Below, one piece after another: positions 51,530-63,209 of a DNA stretch of 63,248 bases. The stretch lies in contig NC_068984.1 of the NCBI RefSeq assembly GCF_001194135.2, positions 101,407,131 to 101,470,378 of the forward strand, read 5' to 3'. The stretch comes from Octopus bimaculoides (lineage: Eukaryota). Under the pieces are notes generated by a model. The model had not been told where the DNA came from. It saw only the letters and a list, made by a program, of their open reading frames with translations, and searched no databases. The position numbers and the translations under genes are program-made. Every line of letters begins with the position of its first letter. Position 1 is the stretch's first letter.

Positions 51530-51842
51530 ATTTTACTATTTTACTTGTTTCGGTCTTTTGACTGTGGCCATGCTGGAGCACCACCTTTAGTCGAGCAAAT
51601 CGACCCCAGGACTTATTCTTTAGAAGCCTAGTACTTATTCTATCGGTCTCTTTTGCCGAACCGCTAAGTTACGGGGACATAAACACACCAGCATCGGTTG
51701 TCAAGCGATGTTGGGGGGACAAAGACAGACACACAAACACATACACACATACATACGATGGGCTTCTTTCAGTTTCCGTCTACCAAATCCACTCACAAGG
51801 CTTTGGTCGGCCCGAGGCTATAGTAGAAAACACTTGCCCAAG
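51530..51842 (-). mobile_element. SINE family A, young 5'-truncated copy with CpGs intact
   Basis: gtcgagcaaatcgaccccagg...tttgccgaaccgctaagttacgggg...ggtcggcccgaggctatag. Confidence 0.92.
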
Positions 51843-51936
51843 ATATATGCATATATATATACATGTATGTACATATAGATACATATCTGGGTACATGACG
51901 TGGCAAAGGAACATGGACATATTTATATACGCGCGC

Positions 51937-52074
51937 TTATTAAAACTGCAAAATCTTCACACTGTTACTCAAAATTTCACGTTCCTGTTTGTCGCACATT
52001 CATGATAAATACAGTATTCATCACAACTGTCCAATGAACAGGAACATTCTGTGAAGATTTTGCAGCTTTAATAA
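51937..52074. repeat. Inverted repeat (probable palindromic MITE)
   Basis: ttattaaaactgcaaaatcttcaca vs tgtgaagattttgcagctttaataa (24/25 match), plus gttcctgtt vs aacaggaac. Confidence 0.75.
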
Positions 52075-52136
52075 AAGCATATTACTCTATTCAGGTACAA
52101 TTTTTGTCCACCTTGTTTTGTATTTATGTGCTTACT

Positions 52137-52169
<33 letters not shown>

Positions 52170-52206
52170 ATATATATGTATACACACACACAGATGGTTG
52201 GATATA

Positions 52207-52645
52207 GATGCAGCCATGGCTATATGGTTCAGTGGTTTGCCTCCCAACTACATTTCAGGTTCAGTCCCACTACATGGCATCTTGGGTAAGTGGATTTGGT
52301 TGATGCAAACTGAAAGAAGCTTGTTATATTTGTATATGTATGTGTCAGCTGTAGAAACCATAACAATGCTGGCATGAAGCCCTATGCCTCACCAGATCCT
52401 GACGGTGATGTGTGGGTATGTTTGTGTCTCCTTGTCTTGACTATGCGTGATAGTTTTAAATAAGCATCACCATCATACAAGCAGTGTCCTTTATTTCCAA
52501 TCTTCTGTGAAAATATATCAGGCCTTGGAAACAGATAAGGCTTGGCCACAGGAAGGGATTCTGCCATAGAAAATCTGCCTCAGTGATTTCTATTTGATTC
52601 ATGCAAGCTTGTAAGAAGTGGATATTAAAATCAATGATGATGATA
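52207..52645 (+). mobile_element. Composite SINE: family A head plus alternative body (D') and (GAT)n tail
   Basis: Same body as 57536-57934; abuts a minus-strand family D copy (52656-52930) tail to tail. Confidence 0.7.
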
Positions 52646-53006
52646 TATGTGTGTGTCATCATCATCGTCATTTAACATCTGCTTTCCATGCTGGCATGGG
52701 CTGGATGGTTTGACTGAGAACTGGCAAGCCGGGAGGCTGCACCAGGCTCCAATCTGATTTGGCAAGATTTCTACAGCTGGATGCCCTTTCTAATGCCAAC
52801 CACTCTGAGAATGTAGTGAGTGCTCTTTATGTGCTAACAGCACAGGAGCCAGTCAAGCGGCACTGGCATCGACCATGCTTGAATGGTGCTTTTTACATGG
52901 CACAGGTGCCAGTCAGACAACACTGGCATCAGTGTGTAATCTTTATTTCTACTATATCTGTCTGTGTGTATGAAATTATATGTGTGATGTATATATATAT
53001 ATATAT

Positions 53007-53186
53007 TATAGGGTGGGCCAAAAGTCATTAAGGTCAGTATTGCTCTTGAATTGTCAAAAACACGCTTCAATTTTTCTAAAATTGAATAAAATGAATAAAA
53101 TAATGATGAACAAAATTAATAATAATAATAATGTAATAGAAATAAAATCTCAAATGTTTGGTGTGTGACTTTTGTCCCAGCATATT
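53007..53186. mobile_element. Tc1/mariner-type MITE
   Basis: TA-flanked TIRs tatagggtgggccaaaagtca / tgacttttgtcccagcatat (about 17/20 match). Confidence 0.7.
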
Positions 53187-53359
53187 TACATATATTTATA
53201 TACACACATTGTGTATGTATATATGGCTTTCTCTCAATTTACCTAACTTTGTATTTATCTGTCTTCAAATTAGTCATATGGTTAATTTATTTGATCTCTC
53301 TAATAAGCAAGAGTTTCCTTTGTGTACTTAAAAATTTTTTTTTTCTTTGGTTATGATAG

Positions 53360-53495
53360 CTTGACAACCATGAAATTCGAAAAGGTAAACGCTTGAAGGT
53401 GAACATATCCATTGCCAATGTTCGCCTGTATGTTGGCAGTATTCCAAAGAGTAAGTCAAAAGAGGACATTAAAGAAGAATTCTCCAAATTAACAG
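53360..53495 (+). CDS. SYNCRIP: SYNCRIP coding exon 5: end of RRM1 and start of RRM2
   Basis: tatgatAG acceptor, 136 nt, phase 0/1, donor GTAAGC. Encodes LDNHEIRKGKRLKVNISIANVRLYVGSIPKSKSKEDIKEEFSKLT. Not in the ORF track; read directly from the sequence. Confidence 0.95.
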
Positions 53496-54254
53496 GTAAG
53501 CAAAAATATCGTATGTGATTGTTTAGAAATATTCCTTTGATAGTGTTTTGTTGACATTGGGAATTGCTTTCTCCTTCCCTTGTGTATATGTGTGCATGTA
53601 TATCTATGTATTCATATGTATAATGTAGGACTGTATTCCATGTGTATGTATAGTGTGGATGAGGTAAAATTGGAGTGTGTGTGCATGTGTATGTATAGAG
53701 AGAGAGAGAGAGAGAGAGAGATGAAGAATAGAATAGCAAGACTGAAACACAGGCAAAGAGTAATTGTAATTTCTGATTGTTTTGCCATGAGATATTAACA
53801 ATATGCCCTCTATGTGACTAAGTCACATAGGAGATGGCTGAAACTGCATAAGTGTCTTTATTGGGACTATGATAACACAACATCATGGTAGTTTCATGAA
53901 GTATTGTATCTTCTAAAGCAAAGTCCAAGGCTATATGTGTACTATACCCTTTCTGTAGTACCAAGTACTATAAAGATACAGTACTATATACTATTAAAAA
54001 AATTATTTTATTAGTTTTAAGTAAAGAAAAATCTTTCTTTAGATGGCCACAAGTTTTGCTTTAGCATTCAGATTACTCTCTCAAATGTAATGCTTATTTA
54101 TTCACATTGTTTTTGAGATTTCGATGATGTGTTTGTTTATTTTAACAATGACATAGCAGGTTGGATCTGGTCAGTTTGAAAATAAAACAGGTAGAAAATT
54201 TGGGCTGGATATGGCTGCTTTATTGCTAAAGGATTAAAGTTTCCCTACTGCAGA

Positions 54255-54293
<39 letters not shown>

Positions 54294-54343
54294 CTTGTAT
54301 GCCTCTAACACTATGGAGTTGTTTTCCATTGCTTACTTTGCAG

Positions 54344-54552
54344 AGGGTCTTGTTGATGTAATTGTTTATGGCTCGGCTGACAACCCCAAATGGAAGAACC
54401 GGGGGTTCGCCTTCCTTGAATATGATTCCCACAAGAGTGCATCTGCTGCAAAACGAAGATTTACTTCAAGAAGTTTGAAAGCTTGGGGAGGGGAATTTGT
54501 TGTTGACTGGGCTGATCCTTTAGAGGAACCTGATACATCCACCATGTCCAAG
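54344..54552 (+). CDS. SYNCRIP: SYNCRIP coding exon 6: RRM2
   Basis: tttgcAG acceptor, 209 nt, phase 1/0, donor GTAAAT. Encodes EGLVDVIVYG...KNRGFAFLEYDSHKSASAAKRR...VDWADPLEEPDTSTMSK. Confidence 0.97.
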
Positions 54553-56645
54553 GTAAATATTGATTTGTTCATTGTAATCATAAATCTCTATATTTCTATA
54601 TACTGTGTGTATGTGTCACAAACATCACTGTAGTATTCAATGTGTTCTTTTTTTTTTAAGACAGCTGGTTATGATTTGGGGTAATTTGGCTATTATTTTA
54701 AGCAGGTCAAGTGAATGTGCAGAGGATTCGTTTGCCTCAACAGTTGAGTGGTCAGTAATGTTAGGTTGTCTGATTACCATCAAAGACCTTGTATTTAAAT
54801 AGAGTATCTGGAGCAATTCAGTTTGGTCAAGTAGGTAAAGTAGTAAACTAGCTGCTCATAAGTAAGGTGTTCAAATCTGCTGCAGTCATAGTGCTGTGTT
54901 TCTGGGTAAGAACTGTTTATTTTACAGAGCATCAGTGCATGTAACTGGAATAAATACCAGGTCATTGATTATTACATGTAGTAGACATATGTTCTAATAT
55001 CCTGGAATAGGATTTAGACTTCATACTCTAAAATCAGAACTAAGCACTAGCTCATAGCTTGGTGTTTTGGAGACTTTTCCCAATCATCTATCAATATTTG
55101 GTGTATAAATTGTGGAAGAAACTGGTGCAGATATGGCTATGTGGTTAACGAGTTTGCTTTGCAGCCACCTAGTTCAGAGTTCAATCCTACTGCAAATAAT
55201 TTTGGTCAGGAAATCTTCACTGTATCCCCAGGTTGATCAAAAGTTTTGTGAGTGAATTTTGATAAACTGCAAGTGTGGAAGTCATTGTGTATATGTATGT
55301 CCACTTTTCCATGCTTTCATGGGTTAGCTGAGATTTTATTGGGTCCAAGTTTCTACAACTGGATGCTCTTCCTGATGCCAACTCTATCCGTTTGCAAGAA
55401 AGGTATTAACCCCACTCTATCAAACAATGAACAGCCCAGACTGGCTTTTACAGTGGACTACAACCAAAGGACACTGTCTGTATAAACAGTGAGACTTGTT
55501 TATTCCCTCACTCTCAGTTACTATCTTTTGTCATTTTTATCAGCAGAAATGCTGTGAATAGTCTAATACAAACCTATAAACTGACTTTATTCAGACAAAT
55601 GCTGGGCATAACAAAAATAGAATGTTTTTTTTTTATATTTGGATGTCTTTCTTACTACTAAGTACTCAGCTGTGAAAGTGTAAATGGCAAAGTCTAGGAA
55701 GTGGGTTTCATCTAAAATACAGCAAAAAGGGTATGGCAAGAATTGAACACCTTAACACCCACTTTTTCCAATACTACTTCTTCCTCAATTGTAAGTTAGT
55801 TAGTGACTTTGCTGGTGCTGACTTCACATAAAAAGCACCCAGTACACTCTGTAAAGTGGTTAGAATTAGAAAGGAATCCAGCCATGGAAACCATACCAAA
55901 GCAAACAGTAGAGCTTAACATAGTTCTCTTGCTCACCAGCTTCTGTCAAACCGTCCAACCCATACCAGCATGGAAAGTGGACCTTAAATGATGATGATGT
56001 TACCATCTATTTTGTCATGCTAACATGAGTTGAGTGAATATATATTGTTAAGATTTTATTTTGCACTTGAATGTCTTTCTCGCTGCTAACCCTTGTTTTT
56101 CAAGCAAAGAGCCTTTTATTACACTCTTCTTTGGAAGTTTAGTGCTAGCAGAGAATTTGTTGACAAGGAATGTCGACAAACATCAATGTTTTTAAATCAA
56201 CTCTTTTCAAACAAAGCAAAGAATCTAAACATTTATACACACACACACATATATATATACACATGTGCAATGGCCTTCCTTGGAGTTTATGTCTACCAGT
56301 TTTACACTTAAGGCATTGGGTGACCCAAAGCTAACATAGAAAACATTTGCCCAAGTTGCTTCACTGTGAGATGGAACTTGAGACCATGTGCTAGCAAAGC
56401 AAACTTTATATTCACACAGCCATGCCCTTGCTTGTTGTAAATATATTTATTTTAATTATCTGCTAATATTTTTCTAGTCACAGATAGACATTGCTACACT
56501 TTACCATTTCAGTATATTGCTATTCATCCTTTAATCTGGATTTTAATTATTTCCTCTTGTTTCTTTTCTCTTCTTTTCCCTTTAATTCTACCCTCTTCCC
56601 CCTCCTTTTCCTCCGTTTCCGTCTGTTATCCCCATCCATCACCAG

Positions 56646-56819
56646 GTAAAGGTATTGTATGTAAGAAATCTTACCTCAGATGTTACAGAAGAACTTTTAA
56701 AAGAAAAATTTGGATATTTTGGTAAACTAGAACGAGCTAAAAAAATAAAAGACTATGGTTTCATCCACTTTGAAGAACGGGAAGATGCTTTAAAAGCTCT
56801 TGAATCTCTGAATAATCAA
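56646..56819 (+). CDS. SYNCRIP: SYNCRIP coding exon 7: RRM3
   Basis: Pyrimidine tract plus ccAG acceptor, 174 nt, phase 0/0, donor GTAAGT. Encodes VKVLYVRNL...KKIKDYGFIHFEEREDALKALESLNNQ. Confidence 0.97.
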
Positions 56820-56947
56820 GTAAGTAGCATTGTATTTCACATGTTTGTCCTGTTTTTTTATCTTTCATATATTCGCTATTAAACTAGAAAACTGTTTTGT
56901 TGTTGTATTTGTTCCCTGTGTCTTTGTTTAATTTTTGTCTCTTTTAG

Positions 56948-57063
56948 AAAATTGGTGGTATGGAGATAGAAGTATCATTAGCAAAGCCTCCCACGGAAAA
57001 CAGGAAAAAGGAACAGCGCAAACGAGAACAGGATCGTAGAGGTCCTGTTGCCATGTACCCAGG
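56948..57063 (+). CDS. SYNCRIP: SYNCRIP coding exon 8: end of RRM3 and basic segment
   Basis: ttttAG acceptor after a 128-nt intron, 116 nt, phase 0/2, donor GTAAGA. Encodes KIGGMEIEVSLAKPPTENRKKEQRKREQDRRGPVAMYP(G). Confidence 0.95.
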
Positions 57064-57119
57064 GTAAGATAAGACATATTTATATACACTGCCTGTATAT
57101 CTCTGTCAAGTTTATTCCC

Positions 57120-57450
57120 TCATGGTTCTGGAGTCAGTCTCACTGTGTGACACCTTGGGCATGTGTCTTCTACTATAGCCCTGGGTCAACCAAAGCCTTG
57201 TGAGTGGATTTGGTTAACAGAAACTGAAAGAAGCCCATTGCATATGTGTGTATCTGTCCTCCAGCAATGCTTGACAGCTGGTATTGGTTTGTTTATGTCT
57301 CTGTAATAGTAGTTTGGCATAAGAGACCGATAGAATAAGTACCAATGCTTTAAAGACAAAAAATAAGTACTGGGGTCAATGTGTGTGATCAAACCTTTCA
57401 AGGCAGTGCCCTAGCATGGCTGCAATCTGATGACAAAGAGTAAAAGAAGG
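57120..57450 (+). mobile_element. SINE family A
   Basis: catggttctggagtcagtctcactgtgtgacaccttgggc...gccctagcatggctgcaatc. Confidence 0.85.
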
Positions 57451-57935
57451 TACAGTTGTTGATTTTTGCTGGCCTCCTTTACATTTGTATTATCAAATAA
57501 TATCAAAGGATATATACACATGTACATTGGTATTATAGGTGCAAGTGTGGTAAGAAGTTTGCTTCCTGATTCAGTTTCACTGCGTGGCACCTTGGGCAAG
57601 TGTCTTTTATTATGGCTCCAAGCTGACCAAAAGCCTTATGACTGGACTTGTTAGATAGAAATTGAAAGAATCTTGTTGTATGGTGTGTGATTGTATATTT
57701 CGTGCCTCCTAGTCTTGACATTGCATGATAGTTATGAAATGATTGTCACTGTCATACTAGCAGCACTTTTCATCTCCAGTATTCTGCAAGAACATGTCTT
57801 GCCATTGAGAAATATTGCCTTGCTTGGAAACAGGTGACAGTTGGTAGCACATAGGACATCCGGATGTAGAAAATGAGCCTCAGTAAACTCCATCCAACCC
57901 TTGCGAGCATGGTAAAGTTGATGTTAAAATGATAA

Positions 57936-59409
57936 TCTATATATATAAAAATGAGAATGTGTGTCTGTTTGTCTGTCTGTCTGTGTGAATCCCTAAAACT
58001 CGAGAACTACGCAACCAATTTCATTCAAATTTTACAGATGCCTTACTTAGGGTTCCAGTTGTGTTTTAGTCAAATAAAATTTTTAATTCTTGCAGAGTTC
58101 GAGCCCACAGCAACATAATATCTCCTCCACTATTTAAGTATTACGTGTCAAAAGTGAAACAAAAACACTCATGTCAAATACTTTCACTTTAAAAATGAAA
58201 CTATTCTACTAACTGAAACAATCACATTTCGATACTGTAATGACAGATACTTTCAGAGATAGAGAGAGATGTATATGTATACATATAGATNNNNNNNNNN
58301 NNNNNNNNNNNNNNNNNNNNNNNNNNNNNNNNNNNNNNNNNNNNNNNNNNNNNNNNNNNNNNNNNNNNNNNNNNNNNNNNNNNNNNNNNNNNNNNNNNNN
58401 NNNNNNNNNNNNNNNNNNNNNNNNNNNNNNNNNNNNNNNNNNNNNNNNNNNNNNNNNNNNNNNNNNNNNNNNNNNNNNNNNNNNNNNNNNNNNNNNNNNN
58501 NNNNNNNNNNNNNNNNNNNNNNNNNNNNNNNNNNNNNNNNNNNNNNNNNNNNNNNNNNNNNNNNNNNNNNNNNNNNNNNNNNNNNNNNNNNNNNNNNNNN
58601 NNNNNNNNNNNNNNNNNNNNNNNNNNNNNNNNNNNNNNNNNNNNNNNNNNNNNNNNNNNNNNNNNNNNNNNNNNNNNNNNNNNNNNNNNNNNNNNNNNNN
58701 NNNNNNNNNNNNNNNNNNNNNNNNNNNNNNNNNNNNNNNNNNNNNNNNNNNNNNNNNNNNNNNNNNNNNNNNNNNNNNNNNNNNNNNNNNNNNNNNNNNN
58801 NNNNNNNNNNNNNNNNNNNNNNNNNNNNNNNNNNNNNNNNNNNNNNNNNNNNNNNNNNNNNNNNNNNNNNNNNNNNNNNNNNNNNNNNNNNNNNNNNNNN
58901 NNNNNNNNNNNNNNNNNNNNNNNNNNNNNNNNNNNNNNNNNNNNNNNNNNNNNNNNNNNNNNNNNNNNNNNNNNNNNNNNNNNNNNNNNNNNNNNNNNNN
59001 NNNNNNNNNNNNNNNNNNNNNNNNTAAGACTACCCTTTCAGATATACTTTCATTGTGATTTCTGCAATGTGGTGCATAAATTGTCAAGTAAATGAGACGC
59101 ATCTTTGCCTCCACTGATTCACTTGCAAAGTGTTGAGTAAAATTATTTCGTTGCAGACCTCCTTTGGGTCTTTTTATTATCACTACAACACACATAGTCC
59201 CCAGTTGGTAACATTGATTTCAAGGCCCTCCTAGATGAGAGACTGGCATTCCACTTAATGTCTATGTTCCATGCTGGCATGGATTGGAGAGTTATTAATG
59301 TAGAAATATGGTATCGTAGCTACTAACAGTTGAGGGTTGCGTAGTCTAGACGGCATTTTTAGATTTCAATATTCTCTTTAACCCAGGCAAAGCCGGGTAT
59401 TTCTGCTAG
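57936..59409 (+). mobile_element. Non-autonomous Helitron, longer copy spanning an N gap
   Basis: a|TCtatatatataaaaatgagaatgtgtgtctgtttgtctg start, homologous to 2443; end cccaggcaaagccgggtatttctgCTAG|t. Continuity across the gap is assumed. Confidence 0.72.
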
Positions 59410-59544
59410 TAATATATATATATATATGGTAGATAAAAACTGAAAGAATCTTGTATATATGTATGATGTGTGTGTGTTCGGCTTTTGCTGAATGACCTGC
59501 ATAAATGGTTTGTTTCTAGTGATCAAATATGCATGCTGCACATT

Positions 59545-59740
59545 ATTTCATTCTCTCCATCAAATTGACATTGTCTGAACAGGTGCATGGTGTACCACAC
59601 ACTAGGTGTTGAAGTGATCACAGAGCAACGTGAGATGAAGTGTTTTGCTCAGGAACACAATGCACCACCCAATCTAGGAATTGAAACCACAATCTAGCGA
59701 TTGTGAGTGCAACACCCTAACCACGAGGCCATGCGCCCTC
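59545..59740 (-). mobile_element. SINE family C variant
   Basis: gagcaacgtgagatgaagtgttttgctcaggaacacaa...ggaattgaaacc...ccctaaccacgaggccatgcgcc. Confidence 0.8.
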
Positions 59741-60007
59741 TATATAATCCTATATGGGGTCGGGTTGAATGCACACATATTCAAATTTAAATAGGATCAG
59801 TTTAAGGGTAATATTTAATATGAAATATAAGCGTAGGTATATAAAGTTTCCATAAGATTATTGCATATGGGTTTATTGAAGATTGGAGTAACCTAAAAAC
59901 AGTATATTGAAAGTTTTTATATGTTCATGTGTGTATTTTCTTCCAGCATCCTCTATATTTGGCTTATCTCAGTATAATCTTTGATTAATTTGCATGCAAT
60001 AATCTCA

Positions 60008-60330
60008 GTGCTATGTGGTAGTGAGACATGTGCCCTGATGCAGAGGACATGTAAAGACTAGAGGAATGAAGTTAGTATGCTCCCTTTGATGAGCAATATC
60101 AGTGTACATGAGCAACAAAGAGAAAAGTTAGGCACAAGAGTCATTAGATGCAATGTACAACAGAGAAAACTGCACTGGTTTGGTCATGTGATGCATATGG
60201 ACGTGCGCAGTTGAATACAGAAGTGCTGATCACGTAGTGCAAGAGGTATTGAAGGCTGATCTCAAAACACTGAGCCTTGTGAAGGAAATGACAAAGGATT
60301 GAGAGATCTAGTGCCTTGCTGTACGCATGA
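60008..60330 (+). mobile_element. RTE-clade LINE relic (post-RT region)
   Basis: VLCGSETCAL, RLERNEVSML and RKLHWFGHVMHMD across frameshifts (cf. RTE LYGSETW and RLRWFGHV). Confidence 0.75.
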
Positions 60331-61351
60331 AAACCCATCGACTGGAGCAGAATTGATATCCTAAAACCACCTTGGTAATGCTTGTCTGTGAAGGGCTCTC
60401 TCCCATTCCCACCTGCATCCTCTCTGCCTCATCAACCATTTCCCTCCTCATTTCATCCCCTAATACCCATCACTTCTCTATTACCTGAGAGCAGAATAGG
60501 CACTTACATCACTCCACCCCACTAGCTTTCTCAGTTATTTTCCTTGCCCCACCCCAAACCACTTCCATTTCTCATTATTTTCCCCTGCCTGCCTGCTGTC
60601 TCCACGAATCACCTCCTTTCTATGTCTTCTCTCCAGTGTGTGGTTAACATCTTATCTGCTATCACCCTCAATGCCCTTGAATGTCTATCGCCCCCACCCC
60701 ACCTTTCCTATTTTTCACTCCTGATGATGACCTCTACTCTGCCCATTTACCCATTCCAAATCTCTGTATCACCTTACTTATTCTCACTACCCCCAATGTC
60801 CAGACACATCTCTACTACCATTTCTCACTATTGTTCTCTTTGTTATTACACTCTGACTCACCTGCTCTCTAACTCATTTGCCTTTCTTTTCCAACTGGAA
60901 TATCCATGTATCTACTTTTCAGCAAAACACATATCCTTGTTCCTGTATATCTTTAACCATTTAACATTCAGCTTATTCTGTAAAATGTAATCCTTATTTG
61001 TTCATATTGTTATGAATTAATTATGCATTATTTTGCAGCTTCAAGATTTCAATGATATTATTGTTTATTTTTACAATGACATTGTAGGGTAGATTTGAGA
61101 GGCTGGATCTGGCCAGTTGGAACATAAAACAGGTAGATTTTGGCCAGATGTGGCTGGTTTAAATGCTAATGAGTTGATCTCTCGTCAACTGGCACAAAGC
61201 CCTCTCCTTCCCAATTGAGGGGGTTTTTGTCTGGCAAGGTACTTGGCGACCCTGTCAGTACTGATGCCATGTAAAAAGCATATATATCAGTCTGGTGTAG
61301 TCATAATGAATAACTGGTGCAGTACAAAGGTGATAGAGTGAATAAGTAAAT

Positions 61352-61680
61352 GTAGACATGGCTCTGGAGTGAAAAAGTTCACTTCCCAAACGTGGTTTCA
61401 AGTTCTGTCCCACTGTGTGACATCTTGGTCAAGTGCCTTCTACTATAGCCCCTGGCCAGCAAAGACTTGTGAGTGGATTTGATTGACAGAAACTGAAAGA
61501 AACCTATTGCACGCATATACCTGTACATATCTGTGTGAGTGTGTCTTCATGTTTATTCACCACTATCACTACTTGACAATGAGTGTTTGTTTATATCCCT
61601 GTAACTTAGTGTTTCAGCAATAAGTACTGAGGTCAACCCTTCAAGGCAAGGCCACAGACCAGTGACTGAAACAAATAAAG
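61352..61680 (+). mobile_element. SINE family A, degenerate
   Basis: gttctgtcccactgtgtgacatcttggtcaagtgccttctactatagcc...gactgaaacaaataaag. Confidence 0.8.
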
Positions 61681-62012
61681 CAGAAATAGATATATTTATA
61701 GGTTTGTTATTGTGCCTCTTCATCATAATATGGTGTGGTAGTCATAAATATCACCATCATATAAGTGGTGTTATTCATTTCTAATCTTACATGAAAATGT
61801 CCAGTTATGGAGTAATACAGGGTGAAGTTTTAATGAAGTATTGCTACCATCTCATGGAAATTAGAGTATTTGCTGTGGTTTTTATTGCATCCAATTTATT
61901 TTCCTTTTATTTCATGTTAAGTTTAAAACTTATTTGAGAGCATTGGAGTGAAAAATGTTAACAGTTCTTCTTCATATGTTGTTGTTATGCATCTCGTGTT
62001 TATTTACTGTAG

Positions 62013-62134
62013 ATATGACGACTACTGGTGCATGCCACCAGGACGCATGCCACCACCTCCTCCTCCACCACTTTCTGGACGTGGCATGAGGCGACCACCT
62101 CCCCCACCCCCTCCTCCTGCCAGGGGTGGTTATG
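62013..62134 (+). CDS. SYNCRIP: SYNCRIP coding exon 9: Tyr/Pro/RG low-complexity tail
   Basis: tactgtAG acceptor, 122 nt, phase 2/1, donor GTGAGT. YDDYWCMPPGRMPPPPPPPLSGRGMRRPPPPPPPPARGGY is in frame with exons 8 and 10. Confidence 0.9.
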
Positions 62135-62851
62135 GTGAGTACTTGCACGCATATGTTTGTTTGCATGATATATTTATTTGTGAGTGTTGTTGTTTAGCTA
62201 AAAGCCAGGTTTAACCAGCAGATCTATAATCAAAAACATTCTAGCTGTGACTACTGTCTTCTTTCAGACTTGGTGAAACCAATGATTAAATTATCCAATG
62301 TGTTCTTCATTTTTTCTTAATATGGTAGGGCATGATTTGAGGGACACTTAACTGCTATTTCTAGCAAGTTAACTAACTTCATTAAAGTTACCTTGTTGGT
62401 TTGCTGCATGTGTGTATATGTGGAAATAGTTTGTGTCTGAAATCCATTTCGGTTTAATTCGCACGTGAATATTCCAAGCAGTTTACATTAGAGATTAAAG
62501 AAACTGTGTGTTGTCTTAAAATTAAAATAAACAGGTATCTTATTTGGTCGTGTGCTACATGGTCGATATATTTAAAAATAACATTGCTTGGCTGGTTTTA
62601 CTTCGCTACATAATTGGAAACAGAATATTGTCTTTTTATCTGTGAGTGTGTAAGAAATTGCTCACTTTATTATTGATTTTCTCTGGGTGCTGTTTAATGG
62701 TGTTTTCCCTCAGCACTTTCTGTTTCTTTTGTCACGAAATTCATCTAAAAATATTTTAGTGTCTACTTAATTATTCATTTGACTTAATTAAAACCACTTC
62801 CACGTTGAAACACTGATGTTTTTCTAATGCATTTTGTTTATTTACCTACAG

Positions 62852-62973
62852 ATCCTTACTATGATGACTATTACCCATATCCTGAAGAATATGATTATTA
62901 CGGAGCATATGCTCCTCCACCACCTCCTGGACCACTTCGAGGTCGTGGAAGAGGTGGAGCACTGCCACCACCT
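62852..62973 (+). CDS. SYNCRIP: SYNCRIP coding exon 10: Tyr-rich and RGG segment; CDS continues beyond the window
   Basis: ctacAG acceptor, 122 nt, phase 1/0, donor GTAAGT. Encodes DPYYDDYYPYPEEYDYYGAYAPPPPPGPLRGRGRGGALPPP; no stop codon is reached. Confidence 0.92.
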
Positions 62974-63209
62974 GTAAGTGAAAGCTTATTGTCTGTCCTG
63001 ATTTAAACATCATTCCTTTGCTTAATGTGATTCAATTCACCATAAACTCACACTCCTAACAGCTATATTTCCAAAGAGAGGAAATTAATCACTCTCAGTA
63101 TAATAGGATTTATTCTCTATCTCTGCTTCATTACTTTAGTTAGTTGTTCGTTTGTGTTTTGCGATGATGTGGTTCTTGTGATGAGGAAGAAGGTAGTTAT
63201 TTAATTAGT

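Noticed and set aside
54226-54432. Poly-Lys ORF antisense to exon 6
   Set aside because: Reverse translation of an intronic T run of about 30 nt.
62400-62535. H/ACA snoRNA (hairpin, ACATTA, ACA)
   Set aside because: The second hairpin is AT-rich and unconvincing; the motifs are short enough to be chance.
62013-62973. Exons 9 and 10 as a tandem duplication or mutually exclusive pair (both 122 nt, both YDDY plus poly-Pro)
   Set aside because: Phases differ (2/1 vs 1/0), both are needed for the frame, and the similarity is only compositional.
23037-62973. Gene as A1CF/RBM47, implying a C-to-U editing system
   Set aside because: The acidic N-terminal domain and YDDY/RGG tail indicate hnRNP Q/R, and no deaminase gene is in the window.
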